A stretch of 64,000 bases of DNA, from assembly GCA_963803975.1 (NCBI GenBank), contig CAWDOY010000036.1, forward strand, positions 1 to 64,000. Reading direction: 5' to 3'. Below the pieces are notes generated by a model that did not search any database, had not been told where the DNA came from, and was given only the letters and a program-made list of their open reading frames with translations. The position numbers and the translations under genes were made by a program. This stretch comes from an uncultured delta proteobacterium (GTDB lineage: Bacteria; Desulfobacterota; WTBG01; CAIYCZ01). Position 1 is the stretch's first letter, and every line of letters starts with the position of its first letter. Positions 44,428 through 53,041 of this stretch are shown here, piece after piece.

Positions 44428-45741
44428 ATGAGTTTACGACGGTTTCAAAAAAATGTACCAATGCTCTGCCTGCCACTGATTGTTCTTGCGCTACTTTTTG
44501 CGGCTCCGGTTGTGGTCTGTGCGGAACAGCTTAACTTTCCTCTTGCCGCCTTTAGTGACGAGGAACTGGCAAAAGTGCGCGACTGGGAAAAGACCTGGGC
44601 GGGCAAAAAAATTGATCAGAGCAATGTTGACCAGATTAAGGAATTTTTACCAGAATCTTATGCCGGCGTTTATAAAAAGCCTGAGGTATGGAATGAGCCC
44701 AAGGGGTTCTGGTTTACCATCATTCCCTATAAGCGTTATATCGAGACAAAGGGGATGATTGAGGCTACTAATAAGTATCATACCCAGGTGAAGGCAGATG
44801 CCCAGGGTATTATTCAGAATTATGGCGAAACAGCCGGCATGCCGTTCCCGAATCCGGATTTATCAGATCCCATGAAGGGTGGGCAGCAACTTGCCTGGAA
44901 TTATGATTACAATACCCATGGCGATGCCTACCACTGGCTCAGAACCGGCCCGGCCCTTGAAGTTAAACAGAGGACTGAACGGGTTTCCAGCCAGGACATG
45001 ACCGAGCTTTATTTCGTGAGCCGTGTGGATGTTGACCCCAAGCCGAACCTTCTTACCAGCAACCCCAAGGGCATGCGCCGGGGCTATTTCATTCATCTAT
45101 ACAAGCCGCCCGAGTTCGTTAACACCCGCATGTTCAACATCCGCTATCTCGATTACAGCAAGAGTGATGACGGATATATGTGGTACAGCCAGTTCAGGAG
45201 AATACGCAGAATTTCAACAGCGCAACGGACCGACTCTATTGACGGTTCAGACCTCATCTATGATGACGAATATTTATGGGACGGCGCAATCCCCAGAAAT
45301 ACGTATAAGTATATCGGCAAAAAAGACCTGCTGTGTACCCGCCAGCTGGATATAAAAAAACTGGAACGGGTATCCGGGCAGGGCATGCCCAACGGCATCG
45401 CCAGGGAACGGCTGAATACGATAGTTGTTGAAGTCGTGAGCAAAGATAAAAACTACATCTATGGGAAGCGGGTGTGGTATCTTGACCCTGAAAGTTACTA
45501 CATACAGTGGACAGAGATTTATGACAACCTCGGCAGGTTCTGGAAGTGTTTTGAGAACTGGACGAATCAGTTTAAGGAAGAAGCAACCGGTGAAATGAAA
45601 AAGGTAATTGTCGGCACTGAATTCATGGATTTTCAGCGGACTCATTGCGGCATCAGCATCCAGGAATGCAAAGGTGTCGGCCTGACACAAGTTGACCAGA
45701 ACATGTTCACCATCAATAACCTGCAGAAGGGCGGTTACTAA
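44428..45741 (+). CDS. DUF1329 family protein (copy 2, intact)
   Basis: AGMPFPNP, WYSQFRRIRRIS, WYLDPESY, YDNLGRFWK. Confidence 0.87.
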   Translation: MSLRRFQKNVPMLCLPLIVLALLFAAPVVVCAEQLNFPLAAFSDEELAKVRDWEKTWAGKKIDQSNVDQIKEFLPESYAGVYKKPEVWNEPKGFWFTIIPYKRYIETKGMIEATNKYHTQVKADAQGIIQNYGETAGMPFPNPDLSDPMKGGQQLAWNYDYNTHGDAYHWLRTGPALEVKQRTERVSSQDMTELYFVSRVDVDPKPNLLTSNPKGMRRGYFIHLYKPPEFVNTRMFNIRYLDYSKSDDGYMWYSQFRRIRRISTAQRTDSIDGSDLIYDDEYLWDGAIPRNTYKYIGKKDLLCTRQLDIKKLERVSGQGMPNGIARERLNTIVVEVVSKDKNYIYGKRVWYLDPESYYIQWTEIYDNLGRFWKCFENWTNQFKEEATGEMKKVIVGTEFMDFQRTHCGISIQECKGVGLTQVDQNMFTINNLQKGGY

Positions 45742-45766
45742 TAACTGCCAGGTAACAGAAGAAGAT

Positions 45767-45799
45767 AAAAGCCTGTCTCATGTGAGGCAGGCTTTTTTT
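45767..45799 (+). terminator. Terminator of uptake operon 2
   Basis: aaaagcctgtctca-tg-tgaggcaggcttttttt. Confidence 0.8.
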
Positions 45800-45836
45800 G
45801 TCGTTGTGGAGCGAAGCGCAGCAAAAAAATAAAATT

Positions 45837-45881
45837 TCTTGACATAAATCCTGCGATTTAGTTATATATGAGCGCACTCAT
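45837..45881 (+). promoter_or_regulatory. sigma70 promoter with operator ATGAGCGCACTCAT
   Basis: TCTTGACATA-N15-TTATATATGAG-N4-CTCAT, same design as 7649-7692. Confidence 0.7.
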
Positions 45882-46053
45882 GACAGGCAGACTGTAGATG
45901 ACAGGTCACCATCTTGCCACGTATGTACAGGTATTTGTTCAGTATGCGTCATAAAAAAGTATTCCGATTCTCCAGAAGCATCCTGCAATTTGCTGCAACA
46001 ATTCCTGATACTATAAATGATACTATAAAACATAAATCAGAAGGAGGACATGC

Positions 46054-46824
46054 ATGCTAAGGGCACTCGCTATTGCGGTCTCAGGTATCGTATATTTTAT
46101 TTTGTCCCTGCTCATATTTCTGCCATTTCGCATGAAACCGGTGGAGAACTACAACCTGTTTGCTTTACCCATCCTAGCAGCTATTTTTCTCGGGCTGGTA
46201 TATAAAGTCTGCACGGTTGAAAAAGAGAGCAAAGGCTATCTGTATGCTTTTTACGCAGGCATCCTTATGTGGCAGGTAGTCGGTGAAATTCCCTTTATCA
46301 AGGTTCCTGCCGGACACATACTACAGTTCAGCGACCTCAACATTAAGATGCTCGGCGGGTACTACTATACGCTTGCCGGGTGGATACTGCTGCACATTTT
46401 ATGGCGGAGCGGGGCAATTAAAAAGCAATTGGCATTCATGTTTGTCATATTTCTTGGCATATGGTCGTTTGAGCTCTACATGGACAACTATTCATTCAGG
46501 GTCGCGATGCAGGTCATGCCCATGGTATCCAATGTGATTATGCTGTTCTCCGTGATCGTGAGTATTATCCTTCTTGTGCTTGCGAGAAAAGCAGCGACCA
46601 TCGAGAAGAAAACAGTTATCGGCGGTGTTTTATATATATCCATCTCGCTCATCATGATGGCTTCCGGGCAATGGAAAAAGCCGCAGGATTTTTATATTAA
46701 ATATGAGAGCACCGGCATAGAGAATGAAATTAAGGAACTGCAGGAAGAGCGCCAGTATATTGAAGAAATCAAAACAACGATGAGCATACAGTCCTATATG
46801 ACTCCCAATCCCTGGGCACGCTGA
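46054..46824 (+). CDS. Polytopic membrane protein, unknown function
   Basis: RBS AGGAGG; about 7 hydrophobic segments; C-terminal coiled coil. Confidence 0.75.
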   Translation: MLRALAIAVSGIVYFILSLLIFLPFRMKPVENYNLFALPILAAIFLGLVYKVCTVEKESKGYLYAFYAGILMWQVVGEIPFIKVPAGHILQFSDLNIKMLGGYYYTLAGWILLHILWRSGAIKKQLAFMFVIFLGIWSFELYMDNYSFRVAMQVMPMVSNVIMLFSVIVSIILLVLARKAATIEKKTVIGGVLYISISLIMMASGQWKKPQDFYIKYESTGIENEIKELQEERQYIEEIKTTMSIQSYMTPNPWAR

Positions 46825-46887
46825 AGATACTTATAGGAACCTGTTGTTATAAACGAGATATCCCATTAGATAATCGGAGGACACCGT

Positions 46888-47540
46888 ATGGCAGAAAACT
46901 ACACCACCCCGCTTGCCCGTGCGGCAAGAATTATGGAAATTATTATCCCCTGCTATATGTTTGGCAAGGCCTGGGGGATAGCTGACGCAAAGACGGTTGA
47001 CCTGTTCCGCGCCATGTTCCCCCCGTTTCTGATCAATATAGCAGAATTTTTTAAAAAAATAATGGTGACGGATAACGCCAATATCCAGCGATTCTTTTCC
47101 ACTGTTTCAGGTGCGATAGTTGGTTTTATTGTTGTTGCGCTGCTGGCACTTATCATGCATTTTGTGCTGCGGGACAGAAGATATATTAATTCCCTGCGGT
47201 TTACCGCAGTCTCTCTTTGATACCGATTGCTGTTTTGAACGGCACACTCTCTCATGCGATAAAAACCCTGGTGGAAAATATGGGCACGCAGACTGCTGAC
47301 GCGCTCTATGCAAGCACGGTAAGCAGCTCCCGGGGTAATATTCTGATAGACGGCACCTTTTACCTGACTGCCATGTGGATGATGGGGCGGCGGACTGGGG
47401 TCAGCCGCGGAAGACGCTACGGCGTTATTGGCGTGGGCATCGGCTTTATGGTGATCTATATGGCACTGGGCCTGATGATATCTCCCGGTGAATGGCAGGC
47501 GCTTCTGCCTAAACTGCAACAGGCGTTAGCCAATCACTAA
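46888..47540 (+). CDS. Membrane protein, unknown function; frameshift ~47215
   Basis: RBS GGAGG; hydrophobic ORFs 46888..47220 and 47217..47540 join. Confidence 0.65.
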
Positions 47541-47556
47541 AAGGAGGGGATTGTAC

Positions 47557-48663
47557 ATGAACATAACAAAACAGCGTTTTGTCACTATAAATAAATACGC
47601 ACTCTGGGCTGCGATCATAGTGTACCTCTATGGCCTGTTTGGAACAAAAATAATGCAGATAGGAATTTTTTTCGCTCTTGCAGCAGGATTTTTTAATCTG
47701 CTGCATCAGAAATATTTCATCGCCCGGCCGCGGCTTGCAGCGCATATCTGGCTTTTGCCGGCTGTCATCGGCGTGTTCACCTATCCAATGCTCATGGAGA
47801 AGCAGCCGAGCGGCCAGAACGCGTTTTATTTCATGCTGACCCTCATCATCAGCCTGATCCCGTACCTGCTGCTGATCTTCGGCAAAACCGAAGAGCAGCC
47901 GCCCAAGAAAGAGCGCCTCAAGGTAATCAGCTTCCGCATTTTTACGCAGATAACGGTGTTCATGCTCTATGCGGTGCTGACTGCTTATTCATTCATCTAC
48001 GGATCGAATGTGGCTCTTTTTTTCTGGGGCATGTTTCATGTAATTACGGTAGCCATTTTACCGTTTCTCTTCGGCAGGGTGCTGTGCGGCTGGCTGTGCC
48101 CCAATGCGACACTTCAGGACGGCCTGTTTAAGAACATGACCTATAAGCGCCCCATTCCGAAGCTGCCCCAGGCAATTGAAGAGCAGAGCCACAGCACTGC
48201 CATGTATCTGAGCGGCGAGGTTGATAAGAATGCTCCGTATTTCCCCTTTACCCTGCTTGTTTCATGGTTCCCCATGTTTTTTGTTGAGACCATGTTTGAT
48301 CTCACCGGCGACCTCTGGTACCCCATATACTTCATGTATGGCCTCTATATTGGCTCCCTGCTGCTGCCGTGGCGGAAGATGTGCACCCATTTCTGCTGGC
48401 TGTCATCGTATCGCGGTATTGCTGCTCACGGCAGCCTGTGGCGCATCCGGTATAACAAATCAAAATGCAAACAATGCAAAGTGTGCCAGGCAGAGAAAGC
48501 CTGCCCGTTCTATATTGACATATGCAATCAGGATAATGAGATGCCGGCAACCTGCTGTCTGTGCTTCAGCTGCATGGAAGCATGCCCGTTTGAGGGGGTC
48601 ATAACGTTTAAGAGAGCTCCGGAGGAAAAAGCGCGGGTAAAGGCCTTGGGGAAAGCCGCGTAA
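47557..48663 (+). CDS. Membrane 4Fe-4S binding protein (NapH/MauN-like)
   Basis: Multiple TMs; GRVLCGWLCP, MCTHFC, CKQCKVC...CP, CCLCFSCMEACP. Confidence 0.88.
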   Translation: MNITKQRFVTINKYALWAAIIVYLYGLFGTKIMQIGIFFALAAGFFNLLHQKYFIARPRLAAHIWLLPAVIGVFTYPMLMEKQPSGQNAFYFMLTLIISLIPYLLLIFGKTEEQPPKKERLKVISFRIFTQITVFMLYAVLTAYSFIYGSNVALFFWGMFHVITVAILPFLFGRVLCGWLCPNATLQDGLFKNMTYKRPIPKLPQAIEEQSHSTAMYLSGEVDKNAPYFPFTLLVSWFPMFFVETMFDLTGDLWYPIYFMYGLYIGSLLLPWRKMCTHFCWLSSYRGIAAHGSLWRIRYNKSKCKQCKVCQAEKACPFYIDICNQDNEMPATCCLCFSCMEACPFEGVITFKRAPEEKARVKALGKAA

Positions 48664-48719
48664 TCCATACGGCCGGCATTATTTTGTGAAACTTAAATCT
48701 GCAGGATGGAGGGGAGTCT

Positions 48720-49417
48720 ATGGAAAGTCTCAAAGATATTCAGACGCTTGCTTTGGCTGAGATAAAAAAGAGATTTTCACTCAACCCGGTCCGGCTCAAA
48801 TATCCGTTTCCGGAACGCTCAAAAAGAACGCTTGGCCTGGTAAAAGTAGACGGACAGGTCTACAGCTCAGAGCAGTTTTCCCGCGTGGTGTTCATGAAAA
48901 TAGACTTGCCGTTCTATCTTTCAGTGCGCTCAACCTTTCTGCGTCCCCGCATTGAACTTGATTTGCCGGTGTTCACCGGTGAGGTCGTCATAACCGGCAA
49001 GAAGCGCATGGTCATGATAGATATTCACCGGGCCGGCGACGATGGGCAGCATGACGATAACGCGCTGTTCGACCGTATGATACAAATACGGACCGGTATC
49101 CGGCCCTGCTAAAGAAGTCGGGTGCTGTCCAGGGAGAAATTCAGAGCGTTTTTTCAAGGGCAGCTGTTCAGTCACGCATTACCGAAGCGCAGGATGAAGA
49201 TGCGCGTAACATCTTTCGCGAGTATCTAAATGTCTTTCTTGACCTGACCCAGAAATCAACGCCCCTCACCGGCGAATCGCTTGAACGGGCAAACAATGGT
49301 TTTGAAAAATATCTAAAGACCGTTGTCGACCACGACCCGGGCGTCAAGGGCTATAAGGTTCTGTTCGGCAAAGACAGCGGCGTGACCCGCGCATTAGATA
49401 TATTTTTTGACCGGTAG
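48720..49417 (+). CDS. Cytoplasmic FDBR-like protein, frameshifted between ~49090 and ~49185
   Basis: YSSEQFSRV, RPRIELDLPVFTGEVV, MIDIH; shifted C-terminus IFREYLNVFL...DHDPGVKGYKVLFGKD...IFFD. Confidence 0.7.
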
Positions 49418-49517
49418 GATGGCGCTGCTGCATGCTGTTTCCCCGTTGAGCAATTAATCTAACCGAATACCCCCCCTTAATCTATATAAAAAAAGTGCAT
49501 GAGAAGGGAGCTTCAGG

Positions 49518-50186
49518 ATGGCTGGCATAGTGGAAGGAATACAACAGGCTATTGTGGAGGGAGATGATGACATTGCGGCAGCGCAGACAAAAAAAGCCAT
49601 AGAGGATGGTGTTGATACATTAGAGATTTTCAGGAAGGCAATAATACCCGGCATAGAGCAGGCCGGGAAATTATGGCAGGAGAATGTCTACTTTATGCCT
49701 GATGTGGTGCTCAGCGCAGAGGCTTTCAAGGCTGCATTAAAGGTTATAGAACCGTATCTTAAAAAGATAGATGCACGCTATACAGGTAAAATTCTGCAGG
49801 GCGTTGTGGCTGGTGACATGCATGACTTAGGCAAAAGCATCGTCATAGCAGTACTCATGGGCGCGGGATTTGAAGTCATAGATCTGGGAGTTGATATTCC
49901 CGCAGAGGTATTTATTAAAAAAATAAAGGAGCTTCAGCCGGATATTTTGGGGGTTGGTTGTTATATGACCACTACTATGCTCGGGGTGAAGGAATTGATG
50001 CAGGCGCTGCAGGAGCATGGGCTGCGCAATAAGGTTAAAGTAATGATTGGCGGCGTGCCAACAACACAACAGTTCGCCGATGAGATAGGGGCAGATGCCT
50101 GGGGCAAAGATGCTCTTGATGCAGCTATAAAAGCAAAGCAGCTTATGGAGGCCGTGCCTAAATGCTTCGATTCGCAAATACGGTGA
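49518..50186 (+). CDS. Corrinoid (cobalamin-binding) protein, MtaC/MtvC-like
   Basis: GDMHDLGKSIV (DxHxxG), DLGVD, KVMIGG, GADAWGKDA. Confidence 0.93.
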   Translation: MAGIVEGIQQAIVEGDDDIAAAQTKKAIEDGVDTLEIFRKAIIPGIEQAGKLWQENVYFMPDVVLSAEAFKAALKVIEPYLKKIDARYTGKILQGVVAGDMHDLGKSIVIAVLMGAGFEVIDLGVDIPAEVFIKKIKELQPDILGVGCYMTTTMLGVKELMQALQEHGLRNKVKVMIGGVPTTQQFADEIGADAWGKDALDAAIKAKQLMEAVPKCFDSQIR

Positions 50187-50282
50187 CGTAGGGGATACAA
50201 AGAAATGCCTTGCAATGCTCACTCAGCACTAAGTACTGAGTGAGTAAATTTGACATCAAATTTATAAAGCGTAGGACTTAGC

Positions 50283-51559
50283 ATGAACCATGGAGAGCAG
50301 ACTAAGGAAGATGCCCCGCCGATCACTCAAGCAGCAAAAACCGGCACTGCCCATGATCCCCGTGACCCAAAGACATGGTGGATGGCGTATGCAGCAGAGT
50401 GGCCTGCACGGATACCCGTCTTAGCACCCGTAACTGGCTGATCAGGCCAGCACCTTACGGGAGTTTCAGCAAAGAAGCTGTATGCCGATGCTGCCTGCAA
50501 TGTAAACCTGCAGGCGGCCTTAGCTGCGTACTATTGCCTTGATGCGGCTGTGGGGGTAGGAGATACCTACAATTATGAAGCTGAGGCAATGGGGCAAAAG
50601 ATGATTTACAGTGAAACAGCCATGCCCACGATTGATTCCCGCAGCCCGCTGATACAGCTTCCGGAGGATTTGAAAAAAATAAAGATTCCGAACTGACCAG
50701 TGCCGGCCGTATACCCTTTGTCCTTGATCTTATCAACCTGAACGGCACGATAGGTGCGAAAACCGGTAAGTTCTGTGCGCCATTCAGCCTTGCGGTATGC
50801 ATTCGGACGTATCCGCAATTGATTAAAGACCTGAGAAAAAATCCTGAATTTGCCCATGACCTCTTTACCTTTTTAGTAGATGAAATACTTACACCCTATT
50901 TACAGGTGCAAAAGCAGCAGTGTGATATCAGCAGCGCAACTGCTCGGATAGCCTGGGCATCTTTCCCCAATGTGACTCCTGAGCTTTCAGAAAAGTGGGT
51001 GATACCCTATGCTGAAAGGCTATTTAAGAATTGTTCAAAATTTGGCGTAGCCGCCTTGGTTGCCGGCAGCTGTGACTACTGTGAGGAGCGCATCGAAAAG
51101 TTTAACAAGGAGATTCTTTTTAAGTGTTTTGACATTCAAAAAAGGCTTGCTTTTGACCGGCCGGTAGTGTTCTTGGAGTTTTGGGTCGCTGGCATGAATA
51201 TCCTCTTGAACCGGTCGTTGAATATGTAGAGCAATACAAAATAAATAATATTCGTGCTACCATCATGGCCACCATTAGTGCCCGGCTTTTAAGGGACGGC
51301 CCGATAGAGATGATTGTGAAAAACATCAAGCGGTTTATTGATGTGCTGGGCCGTGACCACAATGTAGTTATTCTTATGGCCAATGTCCCTGCCGACACCC
51401 CTTCGCGTCATATTCACGCTGCGGTCAGCTGCAGTACATACCTATGGTCAGCTGCCCCTGGCTGGAGATCTCGACACAAGAGCATTTCAGATACCTGAGC
51501 GGGAGTCGTTTCATGAGTATGTAAAAACCATGTCAGGCGGGAGTGATGTCATCTTTTAG
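50283..51559 (+). CDS. Uroporphyrinogen decarboxylase-fold methyltransferase (MtaA/MtvB-like), heavily frameshifted; start uncertain
   Basis: Fragments DTYNYEAEAMGQKM, AGRIPFV, FCAPFSLAV, LIKDLRKNPEFAH, ANVPADTP..HIHAAV. Confidence 0.75.
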
Positions 51560-51578
51560 TGTCCCTATCGGGGATGGT

Positions 51579-51773
51579 TGAAACCCCTCGCCTTTAGGCG
51601 AAGCAAGTTTTGTTTTGTCGCGTTGCGACTTGTCATTCCGGCCACCGAGCCGGAATCCAGGGTATAGGGCACTTGGGGCTTCTGGATGCCGGATCAAGTC
51701 CGGCATGACAGAAATAGTTGATTTTAATCAACACATATTAGAACCCCTCGTCTTATAGACGAGGGTTGTTCAG
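51579..51773. mobile_element. Non-autonomous IS200/IS605-like (PATE-like) remnant with nested REP-like palindrome at 51631-51710
   Basis: Hairpin ends aaacccctcgcctttaggcg and gaacccctcgtcttatagacgagggttgttcag; internal tgtcattccgg...ccggaatcca...ccggcatgaca; no transposase. Confidence 0.5.
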
Positions 51774-51829
51774 TAATAAAAAGAGAATGTTGCTAACGTG
51801 AGAGCAAATTGTAAAAGTCTTCAAGAAAC

Positions 51830-52000
51830 GGGATTGCTTCACTTCGCTCGCAATGACAAATGGCGTCTGTGCTGTCATTGCGAGCATCTGACCCCGGCGC
51901 TGCGCTTCGGGGTTGTTCATGAAAGAAACAAGTCTCGGGAGACCCCTCTTACATCCCCCTTTAATGGCAAGGGGGGAACCAGGGGGGTGTCATTGCATGC
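51830..52000. repeat. Cluster of REP-like palindromes (GGATTGC...CGCAATGACA/TGTCATTGCGAG; CCCCCTT...AAGGGGGG)
   Basis: A similar ggattgc...ctcgcaatgaca unit occurs at ~39506-39539. Confidence 0.5.
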
Positions 52001-52126
52001 ATGAACCACCTGCACAATGTTTTTGAATTGTGCATGAACGGAAGTTTCTTTGGAGAAGTGCAGCGACGAAGTAATTTCTGGAAATATGACTTTTGCAATT
52101 GGCTCGTGAGAATAAATTTATAATAT

Positions 52127-53029
52127 ATGCACAAATTTAGCAGAGCACAACAGGTCTATACCATTGCCGGAGTTGACATTGGCGGACAGCCCGGAGAATA
52201 TCCTACCGTGCTTGTAGGAAGCATCTTTTTCAGCAAGCACAAAATAGTGAGCGATCCGCTCAAGGGCATCTTTGATCAGGAGGCTGCACTGGCCCTGTTA
52301 CAGCAGGAACAGGAAGTATCAGCTTTTACGGGAAATCCGCGTTTTGTTGATCCAATCGGTGACACCGGGGAGGCGCTGATACAGTACATAAAATTTATTG
52401 CAGCACATACAACGGCTCCGATACTTATTGATTCACCGCTGCCTGCAGCGCGGCTGGAAGCGATCAGATATTTTGCCGGAAGCGATGTGATGCCCCGCCT
52501 GATATATAATTCTATTGCCGAAGATTTTACCGAGGAAGAGCTGCTCTGCATGAAAGAATGCGGAATCAAGAATGCTATTATACTTGCCTTCAGCACCACA
52601 GCAATGAGACCAAAGGACCGGATTAAACTGCTTAAGGAAAAACTCCTTCCGGCAGCCGAGCGTGCGCAGGTGGAAAACATACTTGTTGATCCAGGCGTGC
52701 TCGATATACCCAGTGTAAGCTGGGCGGCCCTGGCAATTCAAGAAGTTAAGGAAGAATTTGGTTTTCCTGCGGGCTGTGCGCCGTCTAATGCCCTGCTTAA
52801 ATGGGAGAAAGTACACCAGCGGGGAACAGCAGCTTTTCAGGCAGCAGCAGCAGCCGTTTACTCTCTTACCACCCTGCACGGCGCAGATTTTGTTCTGTAC
52901 GGACCGATTCGTTTCGCGCCGTGGATTTATCCTGCGTGCGCAGCTGTTGATGCTATGCTTGCGTACGGAGGCCGTTTTAACGGTATTCGACCTGCTTCCC
53001 AGAATCATCCTCTCTATAAAATATTTTAA
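52127..53029 (+). CDS. mtrH: MtrH-family methyltransferase (bacterial methylcorrinoid:tetrahydrofolate methyltransferase type)
   Basis: IGGQPGEYPTVLVGSIF, LIDS, IYNSI, GCAPSNA, GADFVLYGPI. Confidence 0.88.
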   Translation: MHKFSRAQQVYTIAGVDIGGQPGEYPTVLVGSIFFSKHKIVSDPLKGIFDQEAALALLQQEQEVSAFTGNPRFVDPIGDTGEALIQYIKFIAAHTTAPILIDSPLPAARLEAIRYFAGSDVMPRLIYNSIAEDFTEEELLCMKECGIKNAIILAFSTTAMRPKDRIKLLKEKLLPAAERAQVENILVDPGVLDIPSVSWAALAIQEVKEEFGFPAGCAPSNALLKWEKVHQRGTAAFQAAAAAVYSLTTLHGADFVLYGPIRFAPWIYPACAAVDAMLAYGGRFNGIRPASQNHPLYKIF

Positions 53030-53041
53030 GGGGCTTTAACC

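Noticed and set aside
50694..50696. In-frame TGA in the URO-D-fold gene as possible selenocysteine
   Set aside because: Homology continues in a shifted frame (W-TSAGRIPFV), so it is a TGG codon missing one G; the same logic applies to the TGA near 57903.
52127..53029. mtrH as evidence of methanogenesis or archaeal origin
   Set aside because: No mtrA-G; the context is a bacterial corrinoid demethylase set in a genome with outer-membrane proteins.
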